From assembly GCA_964016885.1 (NCBI GenBank), contig OZ024764.1, forward strand, positions 4,402,001 through 4,466,000: a DNA stretch of 64,000 nt, written 5' to 3'. The position numbers were made by a program, and so were the translations under genes. Positions 24,141 through 38,143 of the stretch are shown one piece after another. The first letter of the stretch is position 1; every line of letters begins with the position of its first letter. The notes below the pieces were generated by a model. It was not told where the DNA came from. It saw only the letters and a list, made by a program, of their open reading frames with translations, and made no database searches. Source of the stretch: Eledone cirrhosa. Taxonomy: Eukaryota.

Positions 24141-24932
24141 GTCTATCTGACTTTCCGCCCGGGACCTATGGACAACTGCCAGAGGTCCCTGGCCTGGCAG
24201 TGCTACCGAGGAGCTCTCCCAGTTTCTGACAAGATCTACAGGCACGGACGCCCCAGCAGGGATCCTTCCAAGAGGACGTTCCAAGATGTGGGCAGGACAT
24301 TGAAACTGTCTTACACACAATTGTACACTGCCTGGGCGTAACAGACCTGTGGAACTACGCGGAACAACTGCTGTCGCGTATGGGACAAATCCAGTTGACT
24401 GCCGAGTCTATAGTAAGGATCAAACCGCCAACTTCTTTCAAAACGAAAGAGAGGCGGTTTTCCTCTGTACAGTGGCTATGGTGAAAGAGGTTATATGGTG
24501 GACGAGATTGAGAGGACTGAGGACAGATGCCTTTCTGTCCGGACAACAATTGATTCCCTTCTTTAGGTACCACTTTAGAAGGAGAATCAGGGTGGAGAGA
24601 GAGGCACTGCACCCCAGTAAATTTACTGAAAGGTGGGTGGATGTGGCAAAAATGGCCTGCGTGATTGGGCCTTCTCTGTATATAAACCTGTAGGTTGAAG
24701 AAGAGAGCAAAAGGAAGAAAGGAACACTTGCACAACACGCTCCTGAAGTTGAGGGTTGTTCTATCTACGGGGTATTAAACAACCCATTTGTGGCACCTTC
24801 CCCCTATTGAGGATTTCAATTGTTATATTTGTTTGTTTCGTATTTGTACATGACTGTATGTAAAATCCCCGGCATGTGTCCTTGAATTGTCCCCTTTTCT
24901 TGTGCACCCTTGTGGCTAATAAAGAAATATAT
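24140..24932 (+). mobile_element. L1/Tx1-clade LINE 3' fragment
   Basis: LAWQCYRGALPV, frameshifted C..C/ETV.H...C zinc-knuckle-like segment, VAMVKEVIWWTR, F.ERW; AATAAA near 24918; related 3' ends at ~18510-18590 and ~40980-41160 (-). Confidence 0.7.
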
Positions 24933-25148
24933 CTATCTATATCTATCTGTCTATCTCTATATCTACCTGTCTGTCTGTCTGTCCACCTCTTTATCTATCA
25001 GTTTGTTGGTCTATATGTTTGTCTAACTACCTTCCCATCTAATCTATCTATTTATCTACCTACCTACCAAATTCATATCTTGAAGTGGATATCATTTATA
25101 ATTCAATTATCTACATATTTATATATGCACACACACATACACATATAT

Positions 25149-25488
25149 CATCATCATCATCATCATTTTACGTCCGCTTTTTCCCTGCTTGCAAGGGTGG
25201 GACGGGAACTGATTCTAGCTTCATTTCTACAGCTGGATGCCCTTCCTAACACCAACCTCATTTACAGTGAGTGCTGGGGGCTTTTTTGCCGTGGCACCTC
25301 CATGTCCACTTTGCAGTGAAATGATAGGGAGCCCACTCCCTATCATCTCATTTCTACAGCTGAGTAAACTGGAGCAATGTGAAATAAAGTGTCTTGCTCA
25401 AGGAAACAACACATCACCCGGTCTGAGAATTGAACTCACAACCTTTCGATTGGAAGGCCAATGCTCTAACCACTAAGCCATATGCCTC
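25149..25488 (-). mobile_element. SINE family A copy
   Basis: Reverse complement, tRNA head and (CAT)n tail. Confidence 0.9.
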
Positions 25489-25500
25489 CATATATATATG

Positions 25501-25760
<260 letters not shown>

Positions 25761-26215
25761 CACATGCACACACACATATATGTATATTCACACACACATA
25801 TCATCATCATCAACGTTTAACGTCCGTGTTCCACGCTTGCATGGGTTTGGACGGGGTTTTTCCCACTTGAGGCAAGAGTGATTGTCTTGCTCGCATAGGA
25901 CTGTCTGGCAGGTTTTCTACAGCTGGATGCCCTATATATATATATTCACACACGCACACACACATATATGTATATTCACACACACACACACACACATATT
26001 TACACACACACATATATGTATATTCACTCACACACACATATATATATATATATGTATATATATATATTCACACACGCACACACACATATGTATATTCACA
26101 CACATACACACACACACACATATTTACACACACAAATATATATATATTTTCACACACACCCACACATATTTACACACACACATATATACATATATATTCA
26201 CACACACATATTTAC

Positions 26216-26249
<34 letters not shown>

Positions 26250-26543
26250 ATAAATATATAGATATTGTTATACTTTGGGAGGGTCATGTTCCCAATAAAA
26301 ACACACACACCTGTTTGTTGTCACTTCAATTTATTATAAATTTCCGGTTAATTGGTTTAATAGCCAGATGTTTGCTTATATATCTGTTTCAACACACATT
26401 TTCAGATAAGAAATCTTGCAAAACAAATTAAAAAACGAAGTATATATGTGTATATATAATATATATATATATATATATATTATATATGTGTATATATAAT
26501 ATATATATATATATATATATTTACACATATATATTTATATATA

Positions 26544-27408
26544 CGAGGTGTGTCAGAAAAGTTCCAGGACTGATGTCACAAAAGATTAATTTCAAACCCA
26601 AACTTCACACTAAGAGTTTTCTCCTTCAAAGTAATCCCCCTGGAGTCTAATGCACTTTTCCATCCATTTCTGCCATGCTTGCATGCACTGCTGGAAGGAT
26701 TCTTCCGAGATCCTCCGCAGTTCTGTCATCACGGCCTTTTTGATGTCATCCACGTCTTCAAAACGAGTCCCCTCCGGGTCGTACTCGAAGATCCATGACT
26801 CATCACCGGTGGTGACTGTCCCTAGCAAGTCTGGTTCGGTTTCAAGACGCTCGAGGATGTCCTGGCACACTTGCATGCGTCGACCCTTCTGGTCATCGTT
26901 CAGCAGTTTTGGCACCATCTTCGCGCAGACTTTCCGCATGTCCAAATCTTCAGTGAGAATCTTCCAGACGCTGTCCCGATTCATGCCCAGCTCATTTGCT
27001 ATCAGTCGAACAGTCAGCCGACGATTGCTACGCACCATCTGCCTGACGCGCTCAACGTTGACCTCAGTCGTTGTTGTTGAGGGCCTTCTGCTCCTGGGGT
27101 CATCTTGCACCACTCAAAAACACGTGAGTGTGACATCGTCTCATCTCCATACACTTGCTGCACCAATCCCAGTGCTTCTGACGGAGTTTTCAAGTTTGTT
27201 CGTTGCTCTGTGCTCATTGCTTGACGACCTGGAACAGAGGACATGTATATAAAATTATGAAGAAAAATGTTTGATCGCTGCAGAGAGCTAAGATTATAGT
27301 TACATACTCCAAGGGGATTACTTTGAAGGAGAAAACTCTTAGTGTGAAGTTTGGGTTTGAAATAAATCTTTTGTGACATCAGTCCTGGAACTTTTCTGAC
27401 ACACCTCG
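26544..27408 (-). mobile_element. Internally deleted mariner element with ~95-bp TIRs and TA TSD
   Basis: TIR CGAGGTGTGTCAGAAAAGTTCCAGGACTG... at both ends; ORF DDPRSRRPST, RKVCAKMVPKLL, TGDESWIFEYDPE fused to GTRFEDVDDIK...GDYFE. Confidence 0.92.
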
Positions 27409-27734
27409 TATATCATCATCATCACCGTTTTATGTCCGTTCTTCCACATGTACACACTCACCAGGCGAATGTTTTGCCATTTTACTGGGTTCCAATACGG
27501 CCCTGTGGGTCATCAGCATATGGATAGACTGATATTGTCCCCACTACTACCACGCTGGTCGTTTGAAACTCCTGTAAAGAAAAACACCCTCTTCTGTGTT
27601 TTCCCCCTCTATATATTGTATTTTAAAGTGCCCAGGAAAACTCTTTCCTTTGAACTCATTTAATTACAGGATTATACGCGAGTCCTTTGCTCCGTTATTT
27701 TACTTGATATATCATCATCATCATCCATCATTTC

Positions 27735-28050
27735 ATTTTACGTCCACTTCTCCCTGCTTGCAAGGGTGGGACGGGAACTGATTTTGGCTTGATTTCTACA
27801 GCTGGATGCCCTTCCTAACACCAACCTCATTTACAGTGAGTGCTGAGTGATTTTTGTCGTGGCACCTCCACGACCACTTTGCAGTGGAATGATATGGACC
27901 CCAGTCCCTATCATCTCATTTCCACAGCTGAGTAAACTGGAGCAATGTGAAATAAAGTGTCTTGCTCAAGGAAACAACACATCACCCGGTCTGAGAATTG
28001 AATTCACAACCTTTCGATTGCAAGGCCAATGCTCTAACCACTAAGCCATG
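27735..28050 (-). mobile_element. SINE family A copy
   Basis: Reverse complement of 3453 element. Confidence 0.9.
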
Positions 28051-28324
28051 TATATATATATATCAACTAGAAATTGATTGGCATATATATATATGTCTAA
28101 AATAAACTCATGAAACAATCACAGAGGATAATTTGTAAAGTGTGTAAGCACACACAGCTAGGTAGGTAACTAATTAAAGTTTAACTAGAACTTCAAATAC
28201 AAGATACCTGGAACATTTTCTGACCCACCTCGTATATATAAATAAATATAGACAAACTTTATATTTTGAGTTGTCTCCCCTACACTGCTGTTTACTACGT
28301 TGAATAGGATTCATCGCAGCTGCT

Positions 28325-28725
28325 TACTTGTTTCTCTCTCTCTTGTCTTTCTTTCTCTCGTCTCTCTATCTTTCTCTCGTCTCTCTCTTTCTCTCGTCTC
28401 TCTATCTCTTGTCTCTCTCTCTCTCTCTCTCTTGTCTTTCTTTCTCTCGTCTCTCTATCCCTTGTCTCTCTCTATCTCTTGTCTCTCTCTCTATTTCTTG
28501 TCTCTCTCTCTCTCTCTCGTCTCTCTTTCTCTCGTCTCTCTATCTCTTGTCTCTCTCTCTCTCTCTCTCGTCTTTCTTTCTCTCGTCTCTCTATCCCTTG
28601 TCTCTCTCTATCTCTTGTCTCTCTCCCTATTTCTTGTCTCTCTCTCTATTTCTTGTCTCTCTCTCTCTCTCTCGTCTCTCTTTCTCTCGTCTCTCTATCT
28701 CTTGTCTCTTTCTCTCTCTCTGCTT
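28325..28725. repeat. CT-rich low-complexity tract
   Basis: Direct sequence. Confidence 0.95.
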
Positions 28726-28997
28726 AAATCCAGCTCGCCACAAACTTTACCTTTCATCCTTTCTATAAATATATTAACTAGTCTAGTACTAGGGTGAATT
28801 CTTCTGCTCTCTCTCTCTCTCTCTTGAAATACCACTGATCTTCCTTACTTTTCTTATATATATATATATATATATATAATACTTTCAAAATCTCATAGAT
28901 TCGATATTATGTGAGATGATTAGGTGAAGTACAGCATTCACCATGAAAATATAGTAGTATATGTAGAGTAATGTGAATGCTAAAGGGTTAAACTTAC

Positions 28998-29081
28998 TCT
29001 CCTCACATGAGCAAGGTCTGGGGGGGAAGCCAGCATAGTTTCTGACCAATCGACCATAAAGCAGGTTGTATGGGTTACAGT
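28998..29081 (-). CDS. Candidate small exon of unknown gene
   Basis: Unique sequence bounded by tgtag acceptor and GTAAGT donor; open frame CNPYNLLYGRLVRNYAGFPPRPCSCEE; no family recognised. Confidence 0.25.
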
Positions 29082-29164
29082 CTACAATCAGCAGTCAGAA
29101 GCCTCACCTTACACACACACACACACACATTATATATATACATACACACACACCCACACATATA

Positions 29165-29234
<70 letters not shown>

Positions 29235-29474
29235 TAAGTTAAAAATGTTTTTATATATATATAGGAACCAGTAAAACCCCGACAGCTGAGCTCAAGCCGT
29301 TTCGACGGCTAATTCTGGACTAGTCCAGAATACGGCTAGTCCAGAATTAGCCGTCGAAACGGCTTGAGCTCAGCTGTCGGGGTCTTACTGGTTCCTATTA
29401 CCCACTCTACTACTTCAAGTATTGAGTACTTTGGTGCGTTATGGTCCACCTGGTTCCTTACCACTTTTCCTTCG

Positions 29475-29797
<323 letters not shown>

Positions 29798-29818
29798 CAT
29801 ATATATAGTTATATATAC

Positions 29819-29871
<53 letters not shown>

Positions 29872-30400
29872 CATATATATATTAAAATAACAGATTAAAG
29901 TTTAAGCAAAGAATCGCTGCTTTCACCCTTAACGGGATCTTCTGAAGCTAACAAAGTCAATCTGTAAACACAGAAGTGAATATTTGAAAAAAAGGTTGCA
30001 ACCGGAGGAAGACAGGAAGACGATACTTTGGTTCGTGGAAACGTTCCCTGGCAAAGAACGGGAAAAAACGAATATAATACGTCATTAATAGGAGCGGTGA
30101 AAAACAATTACACGCAAAGACAGAACCACGTTTATGGCATAAAAGAGGTCGTTTTGCTCTACGGTTCTTATATATTTGATATATATTTATCCTTATCGAG
30201 CCCTCTTTGGATTTTAGTCTTAAAATCTATTATTATTACTATAAATATATATATATATATATAGGAACGAGTAGGACCCCGACGGCTGAGCTCAAGCTGT
30301 TTCGACGGCTAATTCTGGACTAATTCGACGACTAATTCGACGGCTAATTCTGGACTAATTTGACGGCTAATTCCTTCGTTATATATATATATATATATAT

Positions 30401-30443
<43 letters not shown>

Positions 30444-30482
30444 TATATATATATATAAATATATATATATATAGTTTATATA

Positions 30483-30525
<43 letters not shown>

Positions 30526-30711
30526 TATATATATATATACATATATATATAAACTATATAATTAATTACTACACTGGTATGTACAGGTAACTCAACAGAA
30601 CTTAAGTACCTGTATATATCACTGTTGTAACTAATTCTACTTAACACATCTTAAGGTCTGAGTGCACTTACCCTTGGATATTTCTACCAAACTTATACTA
30701 CAGTATATATA

Positions 30712-31060
30712 TCATCATCATCATCATCATCATCATCATTTAATGTCCACTTTTCCCTGCTTGCAAGGGTGGGATGGGAACTGATTCTGGCTTGATTTCT
30801 ACAGCTGGATGCTCTTCCTAACACCAACCTCATTTACAGTGAGTACTGGGTGCTTTTTTGCCGTGGCACCTCCACGACCACTTTGCAGTGGAATGATAGG
30901 GACCCCAGTCCCTATCATCTCATTTCTACAGCTGAGTAAACTGGAGCAATGTGAAATAAAGTGTCTTGCTCAAGGAAACAACACATCACCTGGTCTGAGA
31001 ATTGAACTCACAACCTTTCGATTGCAAGGCCAATGCTCTAACCACTAAGCCATGTGCCTC
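30712..31060 (-). mobile_element. SINE family A copy
   Basis: Reverse complement of 3453 element. Confidence 0.9.
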
Positions 31061-31093
31061 ATATATATATGTGAGTGTGTGTGTGTGTGTGTG

Positions 31094-31219
<126 letters not shown>

Positions 31220-31244
31220 TAGAGGAAATATATATATATAGATA

Positions 31245-32990
31245 GAGGAAACTATAGAGGTATAAAGTTGATGGACCAGGTCATGAAAGTAACAGAAAGA
31301 GTTATAGCACAGCTGATTAGGGACCGGGTGAATATAGACGAGATGCAATTTGGGTTTTTACCAGGGAAAGGCACCACTGATGCGCTCTTCCTTGTGAGGC
31401 AATTACAGGAAAAGTACCTAGCTAAAAGTAAGCCACTCTACTTGGCATTTGTCGACCTTGAGAAAGCCTTTGACAGAGTTCCACGTGCAGTAATCTGGTG
31501 GGCTCTTAGAAAACTAGGAGTAGATGAATGGCTTGTGAAAGCGGTACAAGCCATGTATAGGGGAGCAGTCAGCAAAGTTAGGATTGGCAATGAGTATAGC
31601 GAGGAATTTAGCGTACAGGTTGGGGTCCACCAGGGCTCTGTTCTTAGCCCTCTCCTGTTCATCATAGTCCTGCAGGCAATAACGGAGGAGTTTAAGACCG
31701 GATGCCCATGGGAACTCCTGTATGCTGATGACCTCGCACTCATAGCTGAATCTATGGTAGAACTAGAGAATAAATTCCAAACCTGGAAGCAGGGACTAGA
31801 GAGAAGGGGCCTCAAAGTCAACATGACAAAGACTAAGGTCCTTATAAGTAGACGAGAAAACAGAACCCAGATCCCCTCAGGGAAATGGCCTTGCTCAGTA
31901 TGTAGGAAAGGTGTAGGTAGGAACTCCATTCTTTGCCCCAAATGCAAACAATGGGTACACAAGAGATGTAGCGGGATCTCAGGAAGCTTAATTAAGAATG
32001 TAGGATTCACATGCAGCAGCTGTGCTGAAACAGCAAGCAAACAGCCACAGGAAACAAGTACCACCAATCTCTGGGAGGGCCCTGTAGAAACAGTAGACAG
32101 CTTCTGCTACCTAGGTGACCGAATTAGCAACGGAGGTGGGTGCTCAGAAAGTACAATAACTAGGGTAAGAACGGGATGGAAGAAGTTTAGGGAACTACTA
32201 CCACTGCTAGCTGCAAAAGGCTTCTCCCTCAGAATGAAAGGCAGACTGTATGATGCGTGTATCCGAACAGCGATGTTGCATGGTAGTGAGACCTGGGCGC
32301 TGAAGGTGGAAGACTTACGTAGATTAGAGAGAAACGAAGCCTGCATGCTCCGATGGATGTGTAACAGTAATATACGTGAACGACAAAGCATAAATGAATT
32401 GAGAGAGAGACTGAGCATAAGAGGAATCAAATGCTGCGTGCAGGAGAGGCGGTTACGCTGGTATGGACATGTGATGCGTATGAAGGATGACAGCTGCATA
32501 AAAAGGTGCAGAGCACTAGAAGTTGATGGAAACCGCGGAGTGGGGAGACCCAAGATGACTTGGGATGAGGTGATAAAAGCCGACCTTACCCAACTACACC
32601 TCTCAAAGTCAATGACACACGACCGTGACTTCTGGCGTCACGCAGTAATACAGGATACCCGACCTCCCATGGGTACATGCTGAAGCATATAAACAAAATG
32701 CCCCCCCCCCCCACCGCAAGGTGGTCGTGGAGGTGCCACGGCAAAAAAGCACCCAGCCCACACTGTAAAGTGGACGTGTAGGCGCCACGGAAAAGCACCC
32801 AGCACTCACTGTAAATGAGGTTGGTGTTAGGAAGGGCATCCAGCTGTAGAAATCAAGCCAGAATCGGTTCCTGTATGAGCAAGGTATGGCCAGCCGACTA
32901 GACACTGCCCACAACAGGACAACCCGTCTAACCCATGCTAGCATGGAAGAACGGACGTAAAACGGTGATGATGATGATGATGATGATGAT
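31245..32990 (+). mobile_element. 5'-truncated young RTE-clade LINE; uninterrupted 471-aa RT ORF (31268-32683) with PHD-like finger, 3' UTR and (GAT)n tail
   Basis: [94 protein letters not shown]. Confidence 0.95.
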
Positions 32991-33059
32991 ATATATATAT
33001 ATATATATGAAAAAGTATGACCCCGACGGCAGAGCTCAGCTTTCGAGGGCCTGAGCTCT

Positions 33060-33225
33060 GTCCAGAAAGGTCATCGAGGTTACTAGCTAATGGTGGAACA
33101 AAAACATATTCCTTAACGTATCCCCGCGAGAAGAGGTCGCAGGGTGTCATGTCTGGAGATCTTTGAGGAGAAGAGTATAGGGCCTTATCTCAAAATTCCA
33201 CATGCCCCGTCCAGCATTGTGGAAA
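33060..33225 (-). mobile_element. Tc1/mariner transposase fragment
   Basis: RSPDMTPCDLFSRGYVKEYVFVPP resembles the WPPRSPDLTPCDFFLWGYVK motif. Confidence 0.7.
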
Positions 33226-33359
33226 GATCATCATCAGCATCATCATCATTTTACGTCAGCTTTTCCCTGCTTGCAAGGGTGGGTAGGGTCCTATTCAGCA
33301 CAGCATCTCTGCATTTGTCGCGGTCCTTCATCATCTTCTCCGATGAGCTTCCTTTCCCT

Positions 33360-34000
33360 GTACAACTGAAGCTGGCTGTGGACAAGTGTACCACCATGCA
33401 TTTTGGGAGGAAAAATCCAACGTCCACATACTCCCTCCACAACACTGATATCAAGAAGTCTTCTTGTGAACGTGACCTAGGCATTACTGTCAGCAGCGAT
33501 TTAGGTTGGACAAAGCATGTCTCTAAAATCGTCAAGAAGGCCGAGGGTGTCTTGGCATCACACAGCAAGACCTTTGTTAGCCGCTCTCCAGCCATCTATT
33601 TAAAACTGTATACAGCTCTGGTACGACCACACTTGGAATTCGCATCATCAGTCTGGAACCCCTATCTTGCTCAGAACATTGACCTCCTGGAAACTGTTCA
33701 GAGACGTGCAACCAAGCGCATACCCTCCATCAGACACCTACCATACTCTGAACACCTTGCTTCCCTGGGCATGTATTCATTGAAACTCCGTCTGGCAATG
33801 GAGTTGGTAAACACCCACAAAGTTATTAACCATCTCGCCAACAACAACCCTGAGCACCTTTTTTATTTCCATGTGTCTAACACACGTGGACATGCCTACA
33901 AAATCAGTAAACAGCACAGCTCCCATGACTTTCGGAAATATTTTTTCATGCTTAGAGTTGCTGAAGCATAGAACAAACTGCCTGCATCAGTTGTTAGCAG
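33360..34000 (+). mobile_element. CR1/L2-clade LINE 3' fragment (second copy)
   Basis: KCTTMHFGRKN, ERDLGI, LYTALVRPHLEF, QRRATK; near-identical to 1-560. Confidence 0.88.
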
Positions 34001-34512
34001 TTGAGACTCTGCATCCTTTCAAACCTCCATGGAACAAACTACCTGCATCAGTTGTTAGCTGTCGAGACACTGCATTCTTTAAAACCTCCATGGAACAAAC
34101 TACCTGCATCAGTTGTTAGCTGTCGAGACACTGCATTCTTTAAAACCTCCATGGAACAAACTACCTGCATCAGTTGTTAGCTGTCGAGACACTGCATTCT
34201 TTAAAACCTCCATGGAACAAACTACCTGCATCAGTTGTTAGCTGTCGAGACACTGCATTCTTTAAAACCTCCATGGAACAAACTACCTGCATCAGTTGTT
34301 AGCTGTCGAGACACTGCATCCTTTAAAACCTCCATGGAACAAACTACCTACATCAGTTGTTAGCTGTCGAGACACTGCATCCTTTAAAACCTCCATGGAA
34401 CAAACTACCAGCATCAGTTGTTAGCTGTTGAGACACTGCATCCTTTAAAACCTCCATGAAACTACCTGCATCAGTTGTTAGCTGTCGAGACACTGCATCC
34501 TTTAAACCCCTC
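33966..34512 (+). repeat. 61-bp tandem minisatellite (~9 copies)
   Basis: Same unit as 543-1400; followed by the same 3' UTR to ~34700. Confidence 0.95.
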
Positions 34513-34739
34513 ATGCTTCCCGAAATTCGCCAAAACTACACCTGATGCACCCCTTCCATGCACATGCACACATGTGTATATCATGACTGTTCATTTTCCT
34601 GACCTTTGTACATTACGCTATGTACTATACATACACTTTTTGATGAGTTGTAGTGCACCTGAGCACTGTCCACAATATTTTCATTATTTCATTATTATTA
34701 TCTATTGCATATGTAGTTTTCCCTACCTGTTAGTTTGCC

Positions 34740-34952
34740 TGCTATCCCACTATATCTCTTTTGTACCCAAGATCTGCATTGTGTACATTTTAAAGATGTC
34801 ATTGAGGAGAACCCAAACATCTTTGTGCCAGTGTGATGGTGCTCCGTCTTGCTGGAATATGAAATTGTCTGATTCAGTGTTCCATTACTGTAAAGCGTTT
34901 TTGTAATAAATATAGCTGATTAAAATTGGGTCATTTTTTTTTAAACCACCTA
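34740..34952 (-). mobile_element. Tc1/mariner transposase fragment
   Basis: Minus strand reads IFQQDGAPSHWHKDV. Confidence 0.65.
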
Positions 34953-35065
34953 TATAATTACAAGTGACCAAAATAGGGTTCCTCTGAAGGGTCTTTGGAG
35001 TAACATTACTTGATAGAGTGTGTAGTTCGGAGATCAGAGAATCGCTCCAGGTGGAGCTGCTACTT

Positions 35066-36166
35066 CTCTGAATTGAGAGATCACAGCTCTGATACTACAG
35101 ACATGTGGTTAGAATGTCTGAGGAAAGAATCTCTGAATTGAGAGATCACAGCTGTGATACTACAGACATGTGGTTAGAATATCTCAGGAAGGAATCTCAG
35201 AATTGAGAGATTACAGCTCTGATACTACAGACATGTGATTATAATGTCTGAGAAAAGAATCTCTGAATTGAGAGATCACAGCTCTGATACTACAGACATG
35301 TGATTATAATGTCTGAGAAAAGAATCTCTGAATTGAGAGATCACAGCTCTGATACTACAGACATGGGGTTAGAATGTCTCAGGAAAGAATCTCTGAATTG
35401 AGAGATCACAGCTCTGATACTACAGACATGGGGTTAGAATGTCTCAGGAAAGAATCTCTGAATTGAGAGATTACAGCTCTGATACTACAGACATGTGATT
35501 ATAATGTCTGAGAAAAGAATCTCTGAATTGAGAGATCACAGCTCTGATACTACAGACATGTGATTATAATGTCTGAGAAAAGAATCTCTGAATTGAGAGA
35601 TCACAGCTCTGATACTACAGACATGTGGTTAGAATGTCTGAGGAAAGAATCTCTGAATTGAGAGATCACAGCTCTGATACTACAGACATGTGGTTAGAAT
35701 GTCTCAGGAAAGAATCTCTGAATTGAGAGACCACAGCTCTGATACTACAGACATGTGGTTAGAATGTCTCAGGAAAGAATCTCTGAATTGAGAGACCACA
35801 GCTCTGATACTACAGACATGTGGTTAGAATGTCTGAGGAAAGAATCTCTGAATTGAGAGATCACAGCTCTGATACTACAGACATGTGGTTAGAATGTCTG
35901 AGGAAAGAATCTCTGAATTGAGAGATCACAGCTCTGATACTACAGACATGTGGTTAGAATGTCTGAGGAAAGAATCTCTGAATTGAGAGATCACAGCTCT
36001 GATACTACAGACATGTGGTTAGAATGTCTGAGGAAAGAATCTCTGAATTGAGAGATCACAGCTCTGATACTACAGACATGTGGTTAGAATGTCTCAGGAA
36101 AGAATCTCTGAATTGAGAGATCACAGCTCTGATACTACAGACATGTGGTTAGAATGTCTCAGGAAA
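35066..36166 (+). repeat. 65-bp tandem satellite (~17 copies)
   Basis: Unit tctctgaattgagagatcacagctctgatactacagacatgtggttagaatgtctgaggaaagaa; period 65. Confidence 0.95.
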
Positions 36167-37660
36167 GAGGTAGGAGACCCAGGGGTAGACCCTGAGCAAG
36201 ATGGATCCAACTGGATCAGCTGCAGAAGGTTTCTTCTGACAGGAGCCACTGGAGGGAGTGTTTGGGGACTCTGACCCTCTCAGGAATAAGTGGGTGAAGA
36301 AGCAACAATAGCAAACAATGCCATATACAACAACAACCTTGACCTTGTTGACTATATCATATGACATGGTAGGGTAAACAAGAACAACAACAACAGCTAT
36401 GTGACACTGTAGGGGTGGTGGTGGTGGTAGTGTGGTGTGGTGGTGGTGGTGGTGGTGTGGTCGGGTGTGTGATGGTGGTGTTGGTGTGGTGGTGGTGGTG
36501 TGCTTGTGGTGTTGGTGGTGGTGGTGGTGGTGGTGTGGTGTGCTTGTGGTGGTGTGGTAGTGGTGGTGTTGTGGTGGTGGTGTGTGATGGTGGTGTTGGT
36601 GTCGTGTGGTGGTGGTAGTGATAGTGGTGGTGTGGTAGTGGTGGTGGTGTGGTCGGGTGTGTGATGGTGGTGTTGGTGTCGTGTGGTGGTGGTGGTGGTG
36701 TGGTGGTGGTGGAGGTGGAGGTGGTGGTGTGCTTGTGCTTGTGGTGGTGGTGGTGGTGGTGGTGGTGTGTGATGGTGGTGTTGGTGTGGTGGGTGTGGTG
36801 TGCTGGTGATGGTGGTGGTGGTGGTGGTGTGGTGGTGGTGTGCTTGTGGTGGTGGTGGTGGTGGTGGTGGTGGTGGTGTGCTTGTGGTGGTGGTGGTGGT
36901 GGTGTGCTTGTGGTGGTGTGGTGGTGGTGGTGGTGGAGGTGGTGGTGTGCTTGTGGTTGTGGTGGTGGTGGTGTGTGATGGTGGTGTTGGTGTGGTGTGG
37001 TGGTTGTGGTGTGCTGGTGATGGTGGTGGTGGTGGTGGTGTGGTGGTGGTGTGCTTGTGGTGGTGGTGGTGGTGGTGGTGTGCTTGTGGTGGTGTAGTGG
37101 TGGTGGTGGTGATGGAGTATAAAGAGCATTTAACAAACACATGTATACATTATATATATATCATCATCATCATCAGCATCGTTTAATGTCCATCTTCCAT
37201 GGCTATATATATACATATGTGTGTGTGTCATCATCATCATCTTCGTTTAACGGCCATTTTCCATGCTAGCTATATATGTGTGTGTGTATATATATATAGA
37301 TATGTGTGTGTGAGTGTGTATATATATGTGTGTGTATATATATAGATATGTGTGTGTGTGTATATATAGATATGTGTGTGTGTATATATGTGTGTATGTA
37401 TATATATGTGTGTGTGTGTATATATATATATATACATATATATGTGTGTACATATATATATATATGTGTGTATATATATATATACATGTGTGTGTATATA
37501 TATGTGTGTGTATATATATATATGTATGTGTATATATGTATAGATGTGTGTGTGTGTGTGTATATATATATATACATGTGTGTGTGTGTATATATATATA
37601 CATGTGTGTGTGTATATATATATGTGTGCATATATTTATATATATATGTATTAAATATAT

Positions 37661-37695
<35 letters not shown>

Positions 37696-37702
37696 ATATA
37701 TA

Positions 37703-37737
<35 letters not shown>

Positions 37738-37765
37738 GAAATATATTATATATCTATCTATCTAT

Positions 37766-38130
37766 CTAAGGCGGGTAAAATTCCCGAGATCCATGGACGA
37801 GTTCTCTCCAGCGGTCTCTGTCCCTCATTATCGCTGCCATATCCTGCATCTCCAACAGACCAGTGTCTGTCCTTAGGGCATCAACATATGTTAACCTTGG
37901 TCTTCCCCTTCTAGTGTGTCCATGTAGGGGCTCCCAAAGGAGCACTGAGTGCAATGTCAACTCTGGATGTCGGTGAGCATGTCCAGCCAACCTCAGTCTC
38001 CTCTGTGTCACTTTTGAGCTGACTTTTGGGATGCTCCCATACAGCCCTGAGTTTTTCATCCTCAGTGTATACTGATTAATGTTCAGAGCCATCCTCAGCA
38101 TTCTCGTGTAGCACCCATCCACCATCTGAG
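37766..38130 (-). mobile_element. RTE/RTEX-type LINE 3' fragment
   Basis: DGCYTRMLRMALN, RRLRLAGH..RH, VLLWEP.HG..RRGRP, M.DRDRWR; (TAGA)n tail. Confidence 0.85.
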
Positions 38131-38143
38131 TGAGTTTCTATTA

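Noticed and set aside
23634-24341. Cys/His-rich repeat ORF resembling zinc fingers
   Set aside because: Translation of the 45-bp minisatellite running into an L1 fragment
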